64,000 bases of DNA from an uncultured Candidatus Saccharibacteria bacterium (GCA_964459225.1 CAYWKB010000001.1:289318-353317); one strand, 5' to 3'. Shown: positions 9,742-19,866, counted from the first letter of the stretch. Translations and numbers: made by a program. The notes: generated by a model not told the origin, from the letters alone.

Positions 9742-9754
9742 TTAGATAAATACC

Positions 9755-10615
9755 ATGAAAAGCTATAAACCATTAACACCATCAAGAAGAGGAATGACAG
9801 GAATCAAGTATTCTGATTATATTACCACTTCTGAACCTCATAAGCCTCTTACAGTTGGAATGAAGAGAGATATGGGTAGAAATGCCTTCGGACGTATAAC
9901 TGTACGCCATAAGGGAGGTGGACATAAAAAGCTATACAGACTTGTTGATTTTAATTATGATAAGAAAAATGTTCCAGCAAAGATAACAACTATCGAATAC
10001 GATCCTTTTAGAACTGGATTCATTGCACTTGTTCAATACGCAGACGGTGAAAAGAGATATGTACTTGTTCCAAAGAGTATGAAGGTAGGTGACTCATTTA
10101 TAGTTTCTGAAACTGCTTCAGTTGAAACAGGAAATAGACTTCCATTAAGGAAAATTCCAGTAGGTACATTTGTATACAATATCGAAATTAAACCTAATAC
10201 TGGATCAAAACTAGTACGTTCAGCAGGATCTTTTGCGCAAGTTATTGCAAATGATAATGGTTATACTCATATCAAACTTCCTTCAACAGAAATAAGAAAG
10301 GTTCATGACAATGCTTGGGCAACAGTTGGTGTTGTTTCAAATGATGAAAATCGTCTAGTAAATATCGGAAAGGCAGGTCGTTCAAGATGGCTTGGTATAC
10401 GTCCTACTGTTCGTGGTTCTGCTCAAAACCCTGTGGATCACCCATACGGTGGAGGTGAACAGAGAACAGGTCGAGGTCTCAGAAGACTTAAGACTCGTTG
10501 GGGTAAGCCTGCTGGTAAGGGACAAAAGACCAGAACTCCAAAGAAGTATTCAAATGTCTTTGTGGTTTCAAGGAGAAGAGTTGGAAAGAGTAAAACAGTA
10601 GAAGTAAATGGCTAG
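9755..10615 (+). CDS. rplB: 50S ribosomal protein L2
   Basis: GRNAFGRITVRHKGGGHK, IEYDPFR, GKAGRSRWLGIRPTVRG, NPVDHPYGGG. Confidence 0.99.
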   Translation: MKSYKPLTPSRRGMTGIKYSDYITTSEPHKPLTVGMKRDMGRNAFGRITVRHKGGGHKKLYRLVDFNYDKKNVPAKITTIEYDPFRTGFIALVQYADGEKRYVLVPKSMKVGDSFIVSETASVETGNRLPLRKIPVGTFVYNIEIKPNTGSKLVRSAGSFAQVIANDNGYTHIKLPSTEIRKVHDNAWATVGVVSNDENRLVNIGKAGRSRWLGIRPTVRGSAQNPVDHPYGGGEQRTGRGLRRLKTRWGKPAGKGQKTRTPKKYSNVFVVSRRRVGKSKTVEVNG

Positions 10616-10684
10616 TAAGATCATTAAAAAGATAAGAGATTTGGTAGATAAAGTGATAATACACTTTTATGACAATCTCTAATC

Positions 10685-10713
10685 TTGACTTAACCATACA
10701 TTTTGTTTAATAT
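10685..10713 (+). promoter_or_regulatory. Putative internal promoter before rpsS
   Basis: TTGACT-17nt-TAATAT ending 8 nt before the rpsS ATG, in a 106-bp gap. Confidence 0.5.
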
Positions 10714-10721
10714 AAAAAACC

Positions 10722-11069
10722 ATGTCACGATCACTTAATAAAGGACCATACGTTGAAGAACGACTATTGAAAAAGATAGCCGGCAAAAAACCTACAGAAA
10801 CTGGGGTTATTAAGACATGGTACAGAAGAAGTCAAATTTCTCCTGAAATGGTTGGATTTATTTTTGGAGTATACAATGGACGTCAGCATATAGACGTTTT
10901 GGTTTCAGAAGAAATGGTAGGTCATAGACTTGGTGAATTTGCTCCAACTCGTAAATTCATAAGACATGGAGGTAAGATGCAAAAGGAATTAGAGCAAAAA
11001 GCAAAGGAAGCAGAAATGAATGCAGCTAAGGCGGCAAAGGAAGCTGTTGCATCTCCAGCTAAAAAATAA
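10722..11069 (+). CDS. rpsS: 30S ribosomal protein S19 with C-terminal extension
   Basis: [24 protein letters not shown]. Confidence 0.98.
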   Translation: MSRSLNKGPYVEERLLKKIAGKKPTETGVIKTWYRRSQISPEMVGFIFGVYNGRQHIDVLVSEEMVGHRLGEFAPTRKFIRHGGKMQKELEQKAKEAEMNAAKAAKEAVASPAKK

Positions 11070-11083
11070 TTTAAATAAATAAC

Positions 11084-11476
11084 ATGATAACCGCATCACT
11101 AAAAAACTATAGACAGTCACCAAGAAAGGTAAGAAGTGTGGCAAATCTCGTGCGCGGTAAATCAGTTGATAATGCATTAAACACTTTAACTTTCCTAAGT
11201 AAAAAGGCAGCTGATCCAATATTTGGACTTATCATGTCAGCTGTTGCAAATGCAAAAAATAATTTTCAAATAGAAAAGGACTCTCTTATCATAAAAGAAT
11301 TAAGAGTAGATGCAGGACAAGTTTTAAAAAGAAGAATGCCACGAGCACGTGGAAATTCATACCCAATTAATAAAAGAACAAGTCATGTTCTTATTGTCCT
11401 TGCACCAGCAGAAATAAAAGAAAAGAAGGCAAAAAAGACTGCTGTTAAAAAGGAAGTTAAAATAGAAAATAAATAA
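11084..11476 (+). CDS. rplV: 50S ribosomal protein L22
   Basis: RQSPRKVRSVANLVRG, SAVANA, PRARG, KRTSH. Confidence 0.98.
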   Translation: MITASLKNYRQSPRKVRSVANLVRGKSVDNALNTLTFLSKKAADPIFGLIMSAVANAKNNFQIEKDSLIIKELRVDAGQVLKRRMPRARGNSYPINKRTSHVLIVLAPAEIKEKKAKKTAVKKEVKIENK

Positions 11477-11477
11477 C

Positions 11478-12155
11478 ATGTCACATTCAGTACACCCATA
11501 TTCACATAGATTAGGAGTAATAAGAGACTGGAAGAGTCGCTGGATTGCTCGTGATAAAAATTACAGAACAGCATTAAAGGTTGACTTAATTATCCGTAAA
11601 TATCTTACAGACGCTCTTAGAAGTTTTTACCTTTCTGATATACAAATTGAAAGAAATCAAAAATCTCTAAAAGTAATAATAAGATCATCACGTCCTGGAA
11701 TGATAATAGGAAGAAGTGGAGATGGAGTTACAAAGCTACGTGATAAGATACTTGCTCTACTTAAAAAGAGAGGAATTGACCTAGCAGGACAAGAATTTAA
11801 ACTAGATATCGAAGAAGTAAGAAGTCCAGAATCAAATGCAGCGATAGTTGCTATGATGGTTGCAGAAGGATTAGAAAAGCGTCTACCTTTTAGAAGAGTT
11901 ATGAAGCAAACTCTAGAAAAAGTATTGGCAAGTAAAGAAGTAAAGGGAGCAAAGATAAAACTTTCAGGAAGACTAGGTGGTGCTGAAATGGCAAGAAGAG
12001 AAGATTTGAAAAAAGGACAAATTCCTCTTCAGACATTGCGTGCTGATATTGATTTTGCTCGTGAAAAGGCACATATGACATACGGAGATATCGGTATCAA
12101 GGTATGGATATACAAAGGTCAGATTTTTGAAAAGGATCTTAAAAATATAAAATAA
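11478..12155 (+). CDS. rpsC: 30S ribosomal protein S3
   Basis: RPGMIIGRSG, SGRLGGAEMAR, IPLQTLRADID, GIKVWIYKG. Confidence 0.98.
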   Translation: MSHSVHPYSHRLGVIRDWKSRWIARDKNYRTALKVDLIIRKYLTDALRSFYLSDIQIERNQKSLKVIIRSSRPGMIIGRSGDGVTKLRDKILALLKKRGIDLAGQEFKLDIEEVRSPESNAAIVAMMVAEGLEKRLPFRRVMKQTLEKVLASKEVKGAKIKLSGRLGGAEMARREDLKKGQIPLQTLRADIDFAREKAHMTYGDIGIKVWIYKGQIFEKDLKNIK

Positions 12156-12159
12156 ATAT

Positions 12160-12591
12160 ATGTTATTCCCTAAAAAAGTAAAATTCAGAAAGTGGCATAC
12201 AGGCCGAACAAATGCAAAGAAGCTCGCAAAGGGTGTAGATACTCGTGGAGTTAAGCTTTCATTTGGATCATATGGACTAAAGGCCCTAGCTTATGGTAGG
12301 CTTTCATCAAATGAGATAGAAGCAGCAAGAAAGGTTATGGCCCGTTATGCTACTAAATCAGGTAAGGTATGGGTACGTGTTTTCCCAGACAGACCTTTTA
12401 CACAGAAGCCACCTGAAGTTAAGCTTGGTAAAGGAAAGGGTGAACCAGTAGGTTTCGTAGCTCAAATCAAAGCAGGAAGAGTACTTTTTGAAATTGATGG
12501 AGTTGATGATAAGGTTGCACAAGAAGCTTTGAGAAAGGCAGGTACAAAGATTTCAGTAAAGACAAAGGTTGTTAGTAGAAATATGATGTAA
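12160..12591 (+). CDS. rplP: 50S ribosomal protein L16
   Basis: MLFPKKVKFRK, IEAAR, VWVRVFPDRPFT, GKGKG. Confidence 0.98.
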   Translation: MLFPKKVKFRKWHTGRTNAKKLAKGVDTRGVKLSFGSYGLKALAYGRLSSNEIEAARKVMARYATKSGKVWVRVFPDRPFTQKPPEVKLGKGKGEPVGFVAQIKAGRVLFEIDGVDDKVAQEALRKAGTKISVKTKVVSRNMM

Positions 12592-12605
12592 TAATTATAA
12601 AACCA

Positions 12606-12794
12606 ATGAAAGAATTAAAGAATAAAACTCCACAAGAATTAAAGAAGCTTATAGAAGAAAAGCGTGAGGTTATTCGTAATTTTAGATTTGGAAGTGCAGG
12701 AAGTAAAACTAAAAACGTAAAGCTTGGCTATACAACAAGAAAGGAGATAGCAAGAATAATGACAGAATTGTCACTTAGATCAAAAGTAAAATAA
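12606..12794 (+). CDS. rpmC: 50S ribosomal protein L29
   Basis: 62 aa, RKEIARIMT, between rplP and rpsQ. Confidence 0.93.
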   Translation: MKELKNKTPQELKKLIEEKREVIRNFRFGSAGSKTKNVKLGYTTRKEIARIMTELSLRSKVK

Positions 12795-12804
12795 TTTAAA
12801 AGAT

Positions 12805-13074
12805 ATGACAGCAAAAACAATACAAAATAATATGGTAGAAAAAAAGGCACAGAGAAAAACTCTTTCAGGTGTTGTTGTATCTGATAAAATGAAGGACACA
12901 ATTGTAGTTTTAGTGAATAGATATGTAAAAAATGAAAAGTATCAGAAATTCGTAAATATTCACAAGAAATACAAAGCTCATGATGCAGGAAATACAAAAA
13001 AGATTGGAGACAAAGTGACTATCGAATCATGCAGACCAATGTCAAAGGATAAGTCATTTATAGTAAAAGTATAA
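12805..13074 (+). CDS. rpsQ: 30S ribosomal protein S17
   Basis: GVVVSDKMKDTIVV, KYKAHD, ESCRPMSK. Confidence 0.97.
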   Translation: MTAKTIQNNMVEKKAQRKTLSGVVVSDKMKDTIVVLVNRYVKNEKYQKFVNIHKKYKAHDAGNTKKIGDKVTIESCRPMSKDKSFIVKV

Positions 13075-13084
13075 CAATAAATAT

Positions 13085-13456
13085 ATGATACAACCTAGAT
13101 CAATAGTTAAAATAACAGATAATTGCGGAGCCAAGATTGGAAGAATCTTTAAGGTTCTTGGAAGTTCAAAAAAGAGATATGCCGAAATAGGTGATCTAGT
13201 TATATTGTCAGTACAAAAAGCTGAACCAAGAAAGGCGATAAAGAAAAAGGATGTTCTACAAGGTGTGGTTGTACGCCAAGTAAAGGCATATAGAAGAAAG
13301 GATGGATCATATATAAGATTTGATGAAAATGCAGTTGTTATTTTGGAAAAGGGTAAAAAGGATCCAATTGCAGGACGTATATTCGGTCCTATACCACGCG
13401 AATTAGCAGAAAAAGGTTTTCAGACAATTGCCTCAAAGGCCCCTGAAATAGTATAA
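13085..13456 (+). CDS. rplN: 50S ribosomal protein L14
   Basis: MIQ..DNCGAK, RKDGSYIRFDENAVV, RIFGPIPREL. Confidence 0.98.
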   Translation: MIQPRSIVKITDNCGAKIGRIFKVLGSSKKRYAEIGDLVILSVQKAEPRKAIKKKDVLQGVVVRQVKAYRRKDGSYIRFDENAVVILEKGKKDPIAGRIFGPIPRELAEKGFQTIASKAPEIV

Positions 13457-13467
13457 ATTTAAATACC

Positions 13468-13713
13468 ATGACAATCAAAAGAGATGACAACGTAATAGTG
13501 CTAACAGGAAAAGACAAGGGAAAGACTGGTAAGGTTATTAAGGCTATGCCAAAGGAAAACAGAGTAGTAGTAGCAGGTATCAATATGTATAAGAAAAATC
13601 AAAGACCAACAAAGCAAGGTCAAAAAGGACAAGTAATAGAAAAAAATGGTTCAATACATATTTCAAATGTTGCTCTAGTCGATGCAAAAAAGTCTAAGAA
13701 GACAAAAAAATAA
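13468..13713 (+). CDS. rplX: 50S ribosomal protein L24 (short)
   Basis: VIVLTGKDKGKTGKV KOW motif, IHISNV. Confidence 0.97.
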   Translation: MTIKRDDNVIVLTGKDKGKTGKVIKAMPKENRVVVAGINMYKKNQRPTKQGQKGQVIEKNGSIHISNVALVDAKKSKKTKK

Positions 13714-13719
13714 AATACC

Positions 13720-14292
13720 ATGACAACACATAAACATACAGCAAAAACTACATATGAAATGAATAAGGAGTCATTTAAGACTTTAAAGGAAAAGTTTGGG
13801 TATACAAATCCTATGCAAGCTCCAGTACTAAAGAAATTAGTTATAAGTACAGGAACAGGATCAGTAAAGGATAAGAAAAAGGTTGAGCTAATAGCAGACC
13901 GTCTAGCTAAGATTACAGGTCAAAAGCCAGCACCAAGATCAAGTAAAAAGTCAGTTGCCTCATTTAAGGTAAGACAAGGAGACTTGGTTGGATATCAAAT
14001 AACTCTAAGAGGAAAGAGAATGTGTGATTTTATAGATAAGCTTGTACACATTGCATTACCAAGAACAAAGGACTTCCGTGGTATTTCAAAGACTGCAGTA
14101 GATGATATGGGTAACTATACTCTAGGTATAAAGGAACATACCATTTTCCCAGAAACAGCAGATGAAGATCTAAAAGATGTATTTGGATTTGCTATAACAA
14201 TAGTTACAAGTTCAAAAAAGAAAGATGAGACATTAGCATTCCTTGAATATCTAGGTTTCCCATTTAAGAAAGAAGAGGCAAAGAAAAAATAA
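13720..14292 (+). CDS. rplE: 50S ribosomal protein L5
   Basis: ITGQKP, KSVASFKVRQG, TLRG, LPRTKDFRG, GNYTLGIKE. Confidence 0.98.
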   Translation: MTTHKHTAKTTYEMNKESFKTLKEKFGYTNPMQAPVLKKLVISTGTGSVKDKKKVELIADRLAKITGQKPAPRSSKKSVASFKVRQGDLVGYQITLRGKRMCDFIDKLVHIALPRTKDFRGISKTAVDDMGNYTLGIKEHTIFPETADEDLKDVFGFAITIVTSSKKKDETLAFLEYLGFPFKKEEAKKK

Positions 14293-14313
14293 ATATATAA
14301 TATAATTTAAAAT

Positions 14314-14348
14314 AAAAAATCTTAGCTCTGCTAGGATTTTTTATTTTA
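14314..14348. terminator. Bidirectional terminator ending the ribosomal cluster
   Basis: AAAAAATCTTAGC-tct-GCTAGGATTTTTT. Confidence 0.8.
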
Positions 14349-14413
14349 TCAAGATTTTATTCAAATTTTATATGGATAGCAAATCAATAATCATTGTCAA
14401 TGTCTGTTCTGTA

Positions 14414-15349
14414 CTATCTCGCCTTTATGAAAAGATAGATATCCTCAAGTGCCTTCACTGCATCTCCTGCAGCTATATTGTTTTGATGATATAGGCCATC
14501 TGTACAATCTCCAGCTGCCCATATGCCGTCTATACTAGTCTTTTGATTTTTTGGGTCTACAACTATATGATTGTATGGAGTTAATTTGACTAAATCTTTT
14601 GCAAAATAAGTAGTTGGTAGGGAACCGATTTCGACAAATATTCCTGTTGTACTTATTTCATTTTCATTACCCGACTTTGTATCAGTGTAAATTATTGAAC
14701 TCACAAATTTATCTCCTTTAACTTCTTTTACAATTGCGTTTTTAATAATTTTAAAATTTGGATGTTTTGAAACTGCGTCCACAGTCACTGGATCTGCTTT
14801 AAATTGTTCTGTTCTGTTTAAAAGGGTAACTGATTTACAATATGCGAGTAATTGTGATGCACTTTCGAATGCTGCATTTCCTCCACCTACCACAATCACA
14901 TCTTGATCAGCAAAAAGGGGACCATCACACGATGCGCAGTATGTAAGTCCTTTGTGTTCAAATATATCGGCTCCTTTAGCCTCTAATTTACGCCTAAAGC
15001 TTCCTGTGGCGATTAAAACTGTCTTTGAGGTGTATTGTACCGTCTCACCACCCTTTTTGCTTATAATCTTAAATCCACCCTCAGTCTTTTCAATCTTTTC
15101 GCATGATTCGCCTTCATGTATATCTACTATATCTTTTGAATATGCTTTTAAATGACTTTCTAAACTCTTAGCAAAATCAGCACCAGAAATCTTGACTGTA
15201 CCTATCCAGTTTTCAATTCCTTCTGAAACTGTACTTTGGCTATTCCAATCTTTAGTTATAAAAAGCGTCTTGAGTTCCTTGCGTGCTGCATAAACTCCTG
15301 CAGCAACACCCGCAGGTCCACCACCTATAATTGTTAAATCATATTGCAT
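14414..15349 (-). CDS. trxB: Thioredoxin reductase/AhpF-like FAD-dependent disulfide reductase
   Basis: IIGGGPAG, YCASCDG redox CxxC, VGGGNAA, WAAGDC. Confidence 0.88.
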   Translation of the reverse strand: MQYDLTIIGGGPAGVAAGVYAARKELKTLFITKDWNSQSTVSEGIENWIGTVKISGADFAKSLESHLKAYSKDIVDIHEGESCEKIEKTEGGFKIISKKGGETVQYTSKTVLIATGSFRRKLEAKGADIFEHKGLTYCASCDGPLFADQDVIVVGGGNAAFESASQLLAYCKSVTLLNRTEQFKADPVTVDAVSKHPNFKIIKNAIVKEVKGDKFVSSIIYTDTKSGNENEISTTGIFVEIGSLPTTYFAKDLVKLTPYNHIVVDPKNQKTSIDGIWAAGDCTDGLYHQNNIAAGDAVKALEDIYLFIKAR

Positions 15350-15383
15350 GATAAGTATTATACTATAAAATTTAATTTAGAAA

Positions 15384-16616
15384 TTACTTCAACTTACTTC
15401 TTCTCAAGAAAGCTGGAACTGCACCCCAATCATCATCGTCATCTCTTGTTTCTTGTTTTACTTCTTTCTTTTCTTCAACTACTACCTTTTCTACTTTTTG
15501 ATTTTGAACTGGTGCTTGTGCTTGATTTGATACTGAATTAAATATTCTTCCGCGATTTTCATCTCTTTTAATTTCAATAGTATTGCCACCAAACATTGAT
15601 TGTCTTTGCTGTGGTTGTGCTGGAGCCCCTACTTGTTCTTGTTTTATTTGATTGTTTATCACTTCTGGGAAACCAGCTGCAATAACTGTAACTTTTACCT
15701 CATTTTTCTTTAGCTTATCATCACGTACTGTTCCAAATATAACTTTTGCATTTGGATCTACTGATTCAGTTATAACCTTTGCGGCATCTTGTATTTCAAA
15801 CATTGTTAAGTCCTCACCACCAGCAATTGAAAATAGTACACCTTTTGCTCCATTTATTGATACATCAAGGAGTGGCGAGTTTATAGCGAGTTTTGCTGCT
15901 TCTACAGCTCTGTTTTCACCCATTGCAGAACCAATACCCATAAGTGCTGAACCTGCACTTTCCATCACTGTTCTTATATCGGCAAAGTCTATGTTAATTA
16001 TTCCGGGTGTTGTTATGAGATCTGAAATTCCTTCAACTGCTTGGCGTAGTATTTCATCACATATTGAAAAGGCATTTTTAACGGTTGTGTTTTTGTCTAT
16101 TGTTGAAAGCAGTCTATCATTTGGTATTACTATTATTGCGTCTACTTCCTTTCTTAAATCCTCAAGTCCTGCTTCTGCTATCTTGCTACGTGCTTGTCCT
16201 TCAAAGAAAAAGGGTCTAGTCACAACTGCAACTGTTAATGCACCTAATTCTTTTGCTGTTCTTGCCACTATTGGACTTGCTCCTGTACCTGTTCCTCCTC
16301 CTAGTCCGCATGCAACAAAGACCATATCAGCGCCTTTTAGGGCTTCCTGAACTTCTTCTTTTGTTTCTTCAACTGCACGTCTACCCATTTCTGGATTCAT
16401 ACCTGTACCTAGGCCTCGAGTAAGATTTTTACCTAGGTATATTCTTTTTTTAGCTAATGAATGATGTAGGTCTTGCGCATCAGTATTTATAGAAATGAAA
16501 TCAACTCCCTTTACTTTAGAATTGATCATATGATTTACAGCGTTTTTGCCTGAGCCTCCGACTCCGATTACTTTAATTCTGGCAAATGCTTCTATTTCTG
16601 GGGTGATATTAGGCAT
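15384..16616 (-). CDS. ftsZ: Cell division GTPase FtsZ
   Basis: GLGGGTGTG, INIDFADIR, C-terminal VPAFLRR; ATG 16616 preferred (6 nt after TGgTATTAT). Confidence 0.99.
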   Translation of the reverse strand: MPNITPEIEAFARIKVIGVGGSGKNAVNHMINSKVKGVDFISINTDAQDLHHSLAKKRIYLGKNLTRGLGTGMNPEMGRRAVEETKEEVQEALKGADMVFVACGLGGGTGTGASPIVARTAKELGALTVAVVTRPFFFEGQARSKIAEAGLEDLRKEVDAIIVIPNDRLLSTIDKNTTVKNAFSICDEILRQAVEGISDLITTPGIINIDFADIRTVMESAGSALMGIGSAMGENRAVEAAKLAINSPLLDVSINGAKGVLFSIAGGEDLTMFEIQDAAKVITESVDPNAKVIFGTVRDDKLKKNEVKVTVIAAGFPEVINNQIKQEQVGAPAQPQQRQSMFGGNTIEIKRDENRGRIFNSVSNQAQAPVQNQKVEKVVVEEKKEVKQETRDDDDDWGAVPAFLRRSKLK

Positions 16617-16661
16617 AGGCACATAATACCAGAATGGCTATAAAAAAGGAAATATTGACAA

Positions 16662-17831
16662 TTATGGCAAAAAAACTTTTAAAGAATCTTTTATTTTTTT
16701 GAGTATTCTTCCAAAAGCTTGACCTGTAGTGTCTATTGGTTTGTCTTCGTCTGCATGCATTCCAAATATACAGAGGCCATAAGCAACAGATAGGGAATTA
16801 TCTTTTAGTGAATTTATCGTACCTATTCTTGCGGGTAATTTTAATGAAATTTTTGCAAGCTCCTCTATACCTGAAAGTTGTGAACCACCACCGGTTAATA
16901 CTATTCCTGCGGGTAGGAGACCATTTCTGCCTATTTTTTTCAAATGATTTTCAATTAATTCAAATATATCCGAAACTCTTGCTGTGACTATTTCCTCTAA
17001 TTTTTTCCTTGAATATGAACTACCTGTTATTGCACCGATTTTGATTTGTTCCGCCTCCTCCAGTGAGACTTTTAATCCCAATGCTATATCATTTGTTATA
17101 TCTGTTGAACCTATTGGAAATACTTCAAGCGATACTGGAATATTGTTTTCAAAAACAGCAATTGAAACGGTTTCGGCTCCGATATTTGCAAGCACACATC
17201 CTGCGACTTTTTGAGATTTTGTAATTGTTACAAGACTTGAAGCAATAGGTGATGCCATAACGTCTTGAACATTTAAACCCGCTTCCTCAACAGCTTGAAT
17301 CAAGTCATTAAGATGATGTTCTAGAGAGGTAATATACATAGACTTTATTTCTAATTTACTACCTTTCATTCCCTCACATTTACCTAGCACAACTCTACCG
17401 TCAATCTTATATTGTACAGGTATTGTATGAATTATTTTTTTATTTAAAGATTGATTTGTTGGTATGTCTTTTTCGCATTGCTCCTGCAATTTGCGCATAT
17501 CCAATGTTGTTATTTCAAGGTCTGCACGGCTTATGATTATTGAACTAGTGCAATTAATACTAGATAAGCCTATTCCACCTATTGAAATAAACACTTTATT
17601 TACTTTTACATTTGCCTTTTTTTCGGCTTCTGAAACTGCTTTTTTAATACTACTTACCACATCATAGGTATTTAATATATAGCCATTTCTTAGGCCTTTT
17701 GATTCAGATATTCCTATGCCTATTATTTTAGGTTCACCTTTTAGATTGTCATTAGTCTTTGATGCATCAACAATAACCACTTTGACATGGTATGTTCCTA
17801 TATCTATACCTGTAATTATTGATCTCGACAT
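16662..17831 (-). CDS. ftsA: Cell division protein FtsA
   Basis: GIDIGT, ITNDIA, AEQIK, VLTGGGSQL; directly upstream of ftsZ. Confidence 0.96.
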   Translation of the reverse strand: MSRSIITGIDIGTYHVKVVIVDASKTNDNLKGEPKIIGIGISESKGLRNGYILNTYDVVSSIKKAVSEAEKKANVKVNKVFISIGGIGLSSINCTSSIIISRADLEITTLDMRKLQEQCEKDIPTNQSLNKKIIHTIPVQYKIDGRVVLGKCEGMKGSKLEIKSMYITSLEHHLNDLIQAVEEAGLNVQDVMASPIASSLVTITKSQKVAGCVLANIGAETVSIAVFENNIPVSLEVFPIGSTDITNDIALGLKVSLEEAEQIKIGAITGSSYSRKKLEEIVTARVSDIFELIENHLKKIGRNGLLPAGIVLTGGGSQLSGIEELAKISLKLPARIGTINSLKDNSLSVAYGLCIFGMHADEDKPIDTTGQAFGRILKKIKDSLKVFLP

Positions 17832-17892
17832 TTAAATAGTGACAAAAAAGCATTTCGAAAACAGTAAAATAATTATTTAATAAACAGCAATA

Positions 17893-18279
17893 TTAAATAC
17901 CAAACTTTTTTCGAAAACGTGCTTCTATACTCTCCATTGTACTACCATGGTCGAATCCTTTCAAATGCACTAAACCGTGGATAAACAAAAAACCAAAAAA
18001 GTTTTCATAATCTCTATCAAATTTCTTTGCCATTACCTTAGTCATGTCTGGATTTATATAAATTTCACCAAATTTGTCTGAAAGAGGGAAGCTTAGTATA
18101 TCTGTTGCCTCATTTATATCTCTGTATTCTTTATTTAACTTTTTAATTTCACTTTTGCTGATTATTATTACTGACAATTCATACTTTTTACCGAGTACAG
18201 CATCTTTCATAGCCTCAAAAGCCAAGCTTGGTAGCTTGGCTTTTGTTGTATTAGTTATTGAAAACGTAGGCTCATTCAT
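17893..18279 (-). CDS. ybeY: rRNA maturation endoribonuclease YbeY
   Basis: LNKEYR, TDILSF, IHGLVHLKGFDH. Confidence 0.96.
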   Translation of the reverse strand: MNEPTFSITNTTKAKLPSLAFEAMKDAVLGKKYELSVIIISKSEIKKLNKEYRDINEATDILSFPLSDKFGEIYINPDMTKVMAKKFDRDYENFFGFLFIHGLVHLKGFDHGSTMESIEARFRKKFGI

Positions 18280-18288
18280 CGACTGATA

Positions 18289-18534
18289 TTATTTTGAATA
18301 TCTTGCTGTCTTTTCTTGCATTTTACCCATCTTTATAAGTTCTTGTATTTCTGCCTTTCTTTTTAAAGATTTCAATGTCTTCATCTTTGTTTTGTATGAT
18401 GAAAGTACTCTTTGATTGTATCTTATGCTTCTTACTCTTGGTAATATACCTGCACCTTGTACTCTCTTTGTAAAACGACGAATAACAGCTGCGCTGTTTT
18501 CGGTTCCATTTCTAGTTATTGCTACGTTTATCAT
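18289..18534 (-). CDS. rpsU: 30S ribosomal protein S21 (CPR-type)
   Basis: ENSAAVIRRFTKRVQGAGIL..R, basic 81 aa. Confidence 0.8.
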   Translation of the reverse strand: MINVAITRNGTENSAAVIRRFTKRVQGAGILPRVRSIRYNQRVLSSYKTKMKTLKSLKRKAEIQELIKMGKMQEKTARYSK

Positions 18535-18590
18535 AGTTTCAATATATTATCATGCATTATATGAAAATGCAAAGGGATTTTGATAGGGTA

Positions 18591-19847
18591 CTATTTTTCT
18601 AGTTTTTTCATGTATTTTGGCAATTCATCAATAGATATAATCTCTTGCGCATGTGTATCGTTATTCCTTACTATGACTGTTTTTTCGACTGCCTCCTTTT
18701 TACCCATGATAAGTGCATATGGTATATGATATTTTTCAACTGCTGATACTTGAGCACCAAGTCTATCTCTAGCTAAAGATAAAAATAATGGGATTTTTTC
18801 TTGTCTTAAATCCTCAATAATTTTAAGGCTTAATAATTTTGATTCAAAACCTAATTGTACAAAAGAAGCAAATGGTCTTTTAACTTTTTTGATTTCTTTT
18901 CTTAATTCTGGTTTATTATTTTTAATTAATATTGAAATACCAACACCGTGTATTTCTTTTTTCAATCCTATCTTTTTTGAAAGACCGTCATATCTCACAC
19001 CCACGGCTAATGCTTTTTGATCTTTCTTTTTATTATCTTGATCTGTATTGTATATCGAAAATATTGTTTCGGTGCAGTACTTTTTATTTCCTATTAGATT
19101 ATTATTGATTTGATAAGGAATATTTAATGCTTCCATGTATTCCAATACTTCTTGAAAATGATTTCTACTTGATTCTGAAAGGAAAGACATTGATTTTGGT
19201 GCACCTTCGTTTAATTTCTTGCACTTATCATTTTTGCAACTTAAAAGTTCAAATGGATCCTTTTTTAAAAGTTGTCTGCATTCTGCATGCATGTCATTTA
19301 CATGTTTCCTATAATAATTACCAAGATCACGGGTATAGCGATTGATTGATTCCTTGTCTCCTATACTATTTATTTCAACACAAATGTTTTTGTAGCCCTC
19401 TTCCTTTAAAATCGCACATGTTGTTTGTATAAGTAATGCTTCTGCAATGCTTTTTGAGCCTCCCATTATTTCGAGATCGCAATAGCGATTGTATGTTATA
19501 TCAGATTTCTTGGATGTATTTGATTTATTGTTTTTAAAAGGCTCTCTGAAATAAAACATAATAGGTTGTGGAAGGGCATGCATATTTCCTTCATTATACA
19601 TACGTAAAAGGGCTACTTTTTCCTCTACATGCAATGGTAAATGTGATTTTTCATCATTATTTTCATCAATATAATCTCCCTCTAAAAGATTTTTAGACAA
19701 ATCCAAATCAACCTTTTTGATTTCAGGACTTTCATGTGGGACAAAACCATAATAGACTGGTATTTCTCCTATTTTATCTAAATTTTCATAAGCTGTGAAT
19801 TTTTCTATCTTTTTTTCACTTTTACTTTCTTTTGTTTTTTGAATCAT
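18591..19847 (-). CDS. Degenerate histidyl-tRNA synthetase paralog
   Basis: INSIGD, KDPFELL, RYDGL and anticodon-binding C-terminus retained; motif 2 and the GGGRY loop are eroded. Confidence 0.8.
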   Translation of the reverse strand: MIQKTKESKSEKKIEKFTAYENLDKIGEIPVYYGFVPHESPEIKKVDLDLSKNLLEGDYIDENNDEKSHLPLHVEEKVALLRMYNEGNMHALPQPIMFYFREPFKNNKSNTSKKSDITYNRYCDLEIMGGSKSIAEALLIQTTCAILKEEGYKNICVEINSIGDKESINRYTRDLGNYYRKHVNDMHAECRQLLKKDPFELLSCKNDKCKKLNEGAPKSMSFLSESSRNHFQEVLEYMEALNIPYQINNNLIGNKKYCTETIFSIYNTDQDNKKKDQKALAVGVRYDGLSKKIGLKKEIHGVGISILIKNNKPELRKEIKKVKRPFASFVQLGFESKLLSLKIIEDLRQEKIPLFLSLARDRLGAQVSAVEKYHIPYALIMGKKEAVEKTVIVRNNDTHAQEIISIDELPKYMKKLEK

Positions 19848-19866
19848 ACGGTAATTTTGTTTAAAT

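Noticed and set aside
15652-16350. Long antisense ORFs opposite ftsZ, tuf, murB, dnaE and others
   Set aside because: Shadow frames of conserved genes produced by codon bias.
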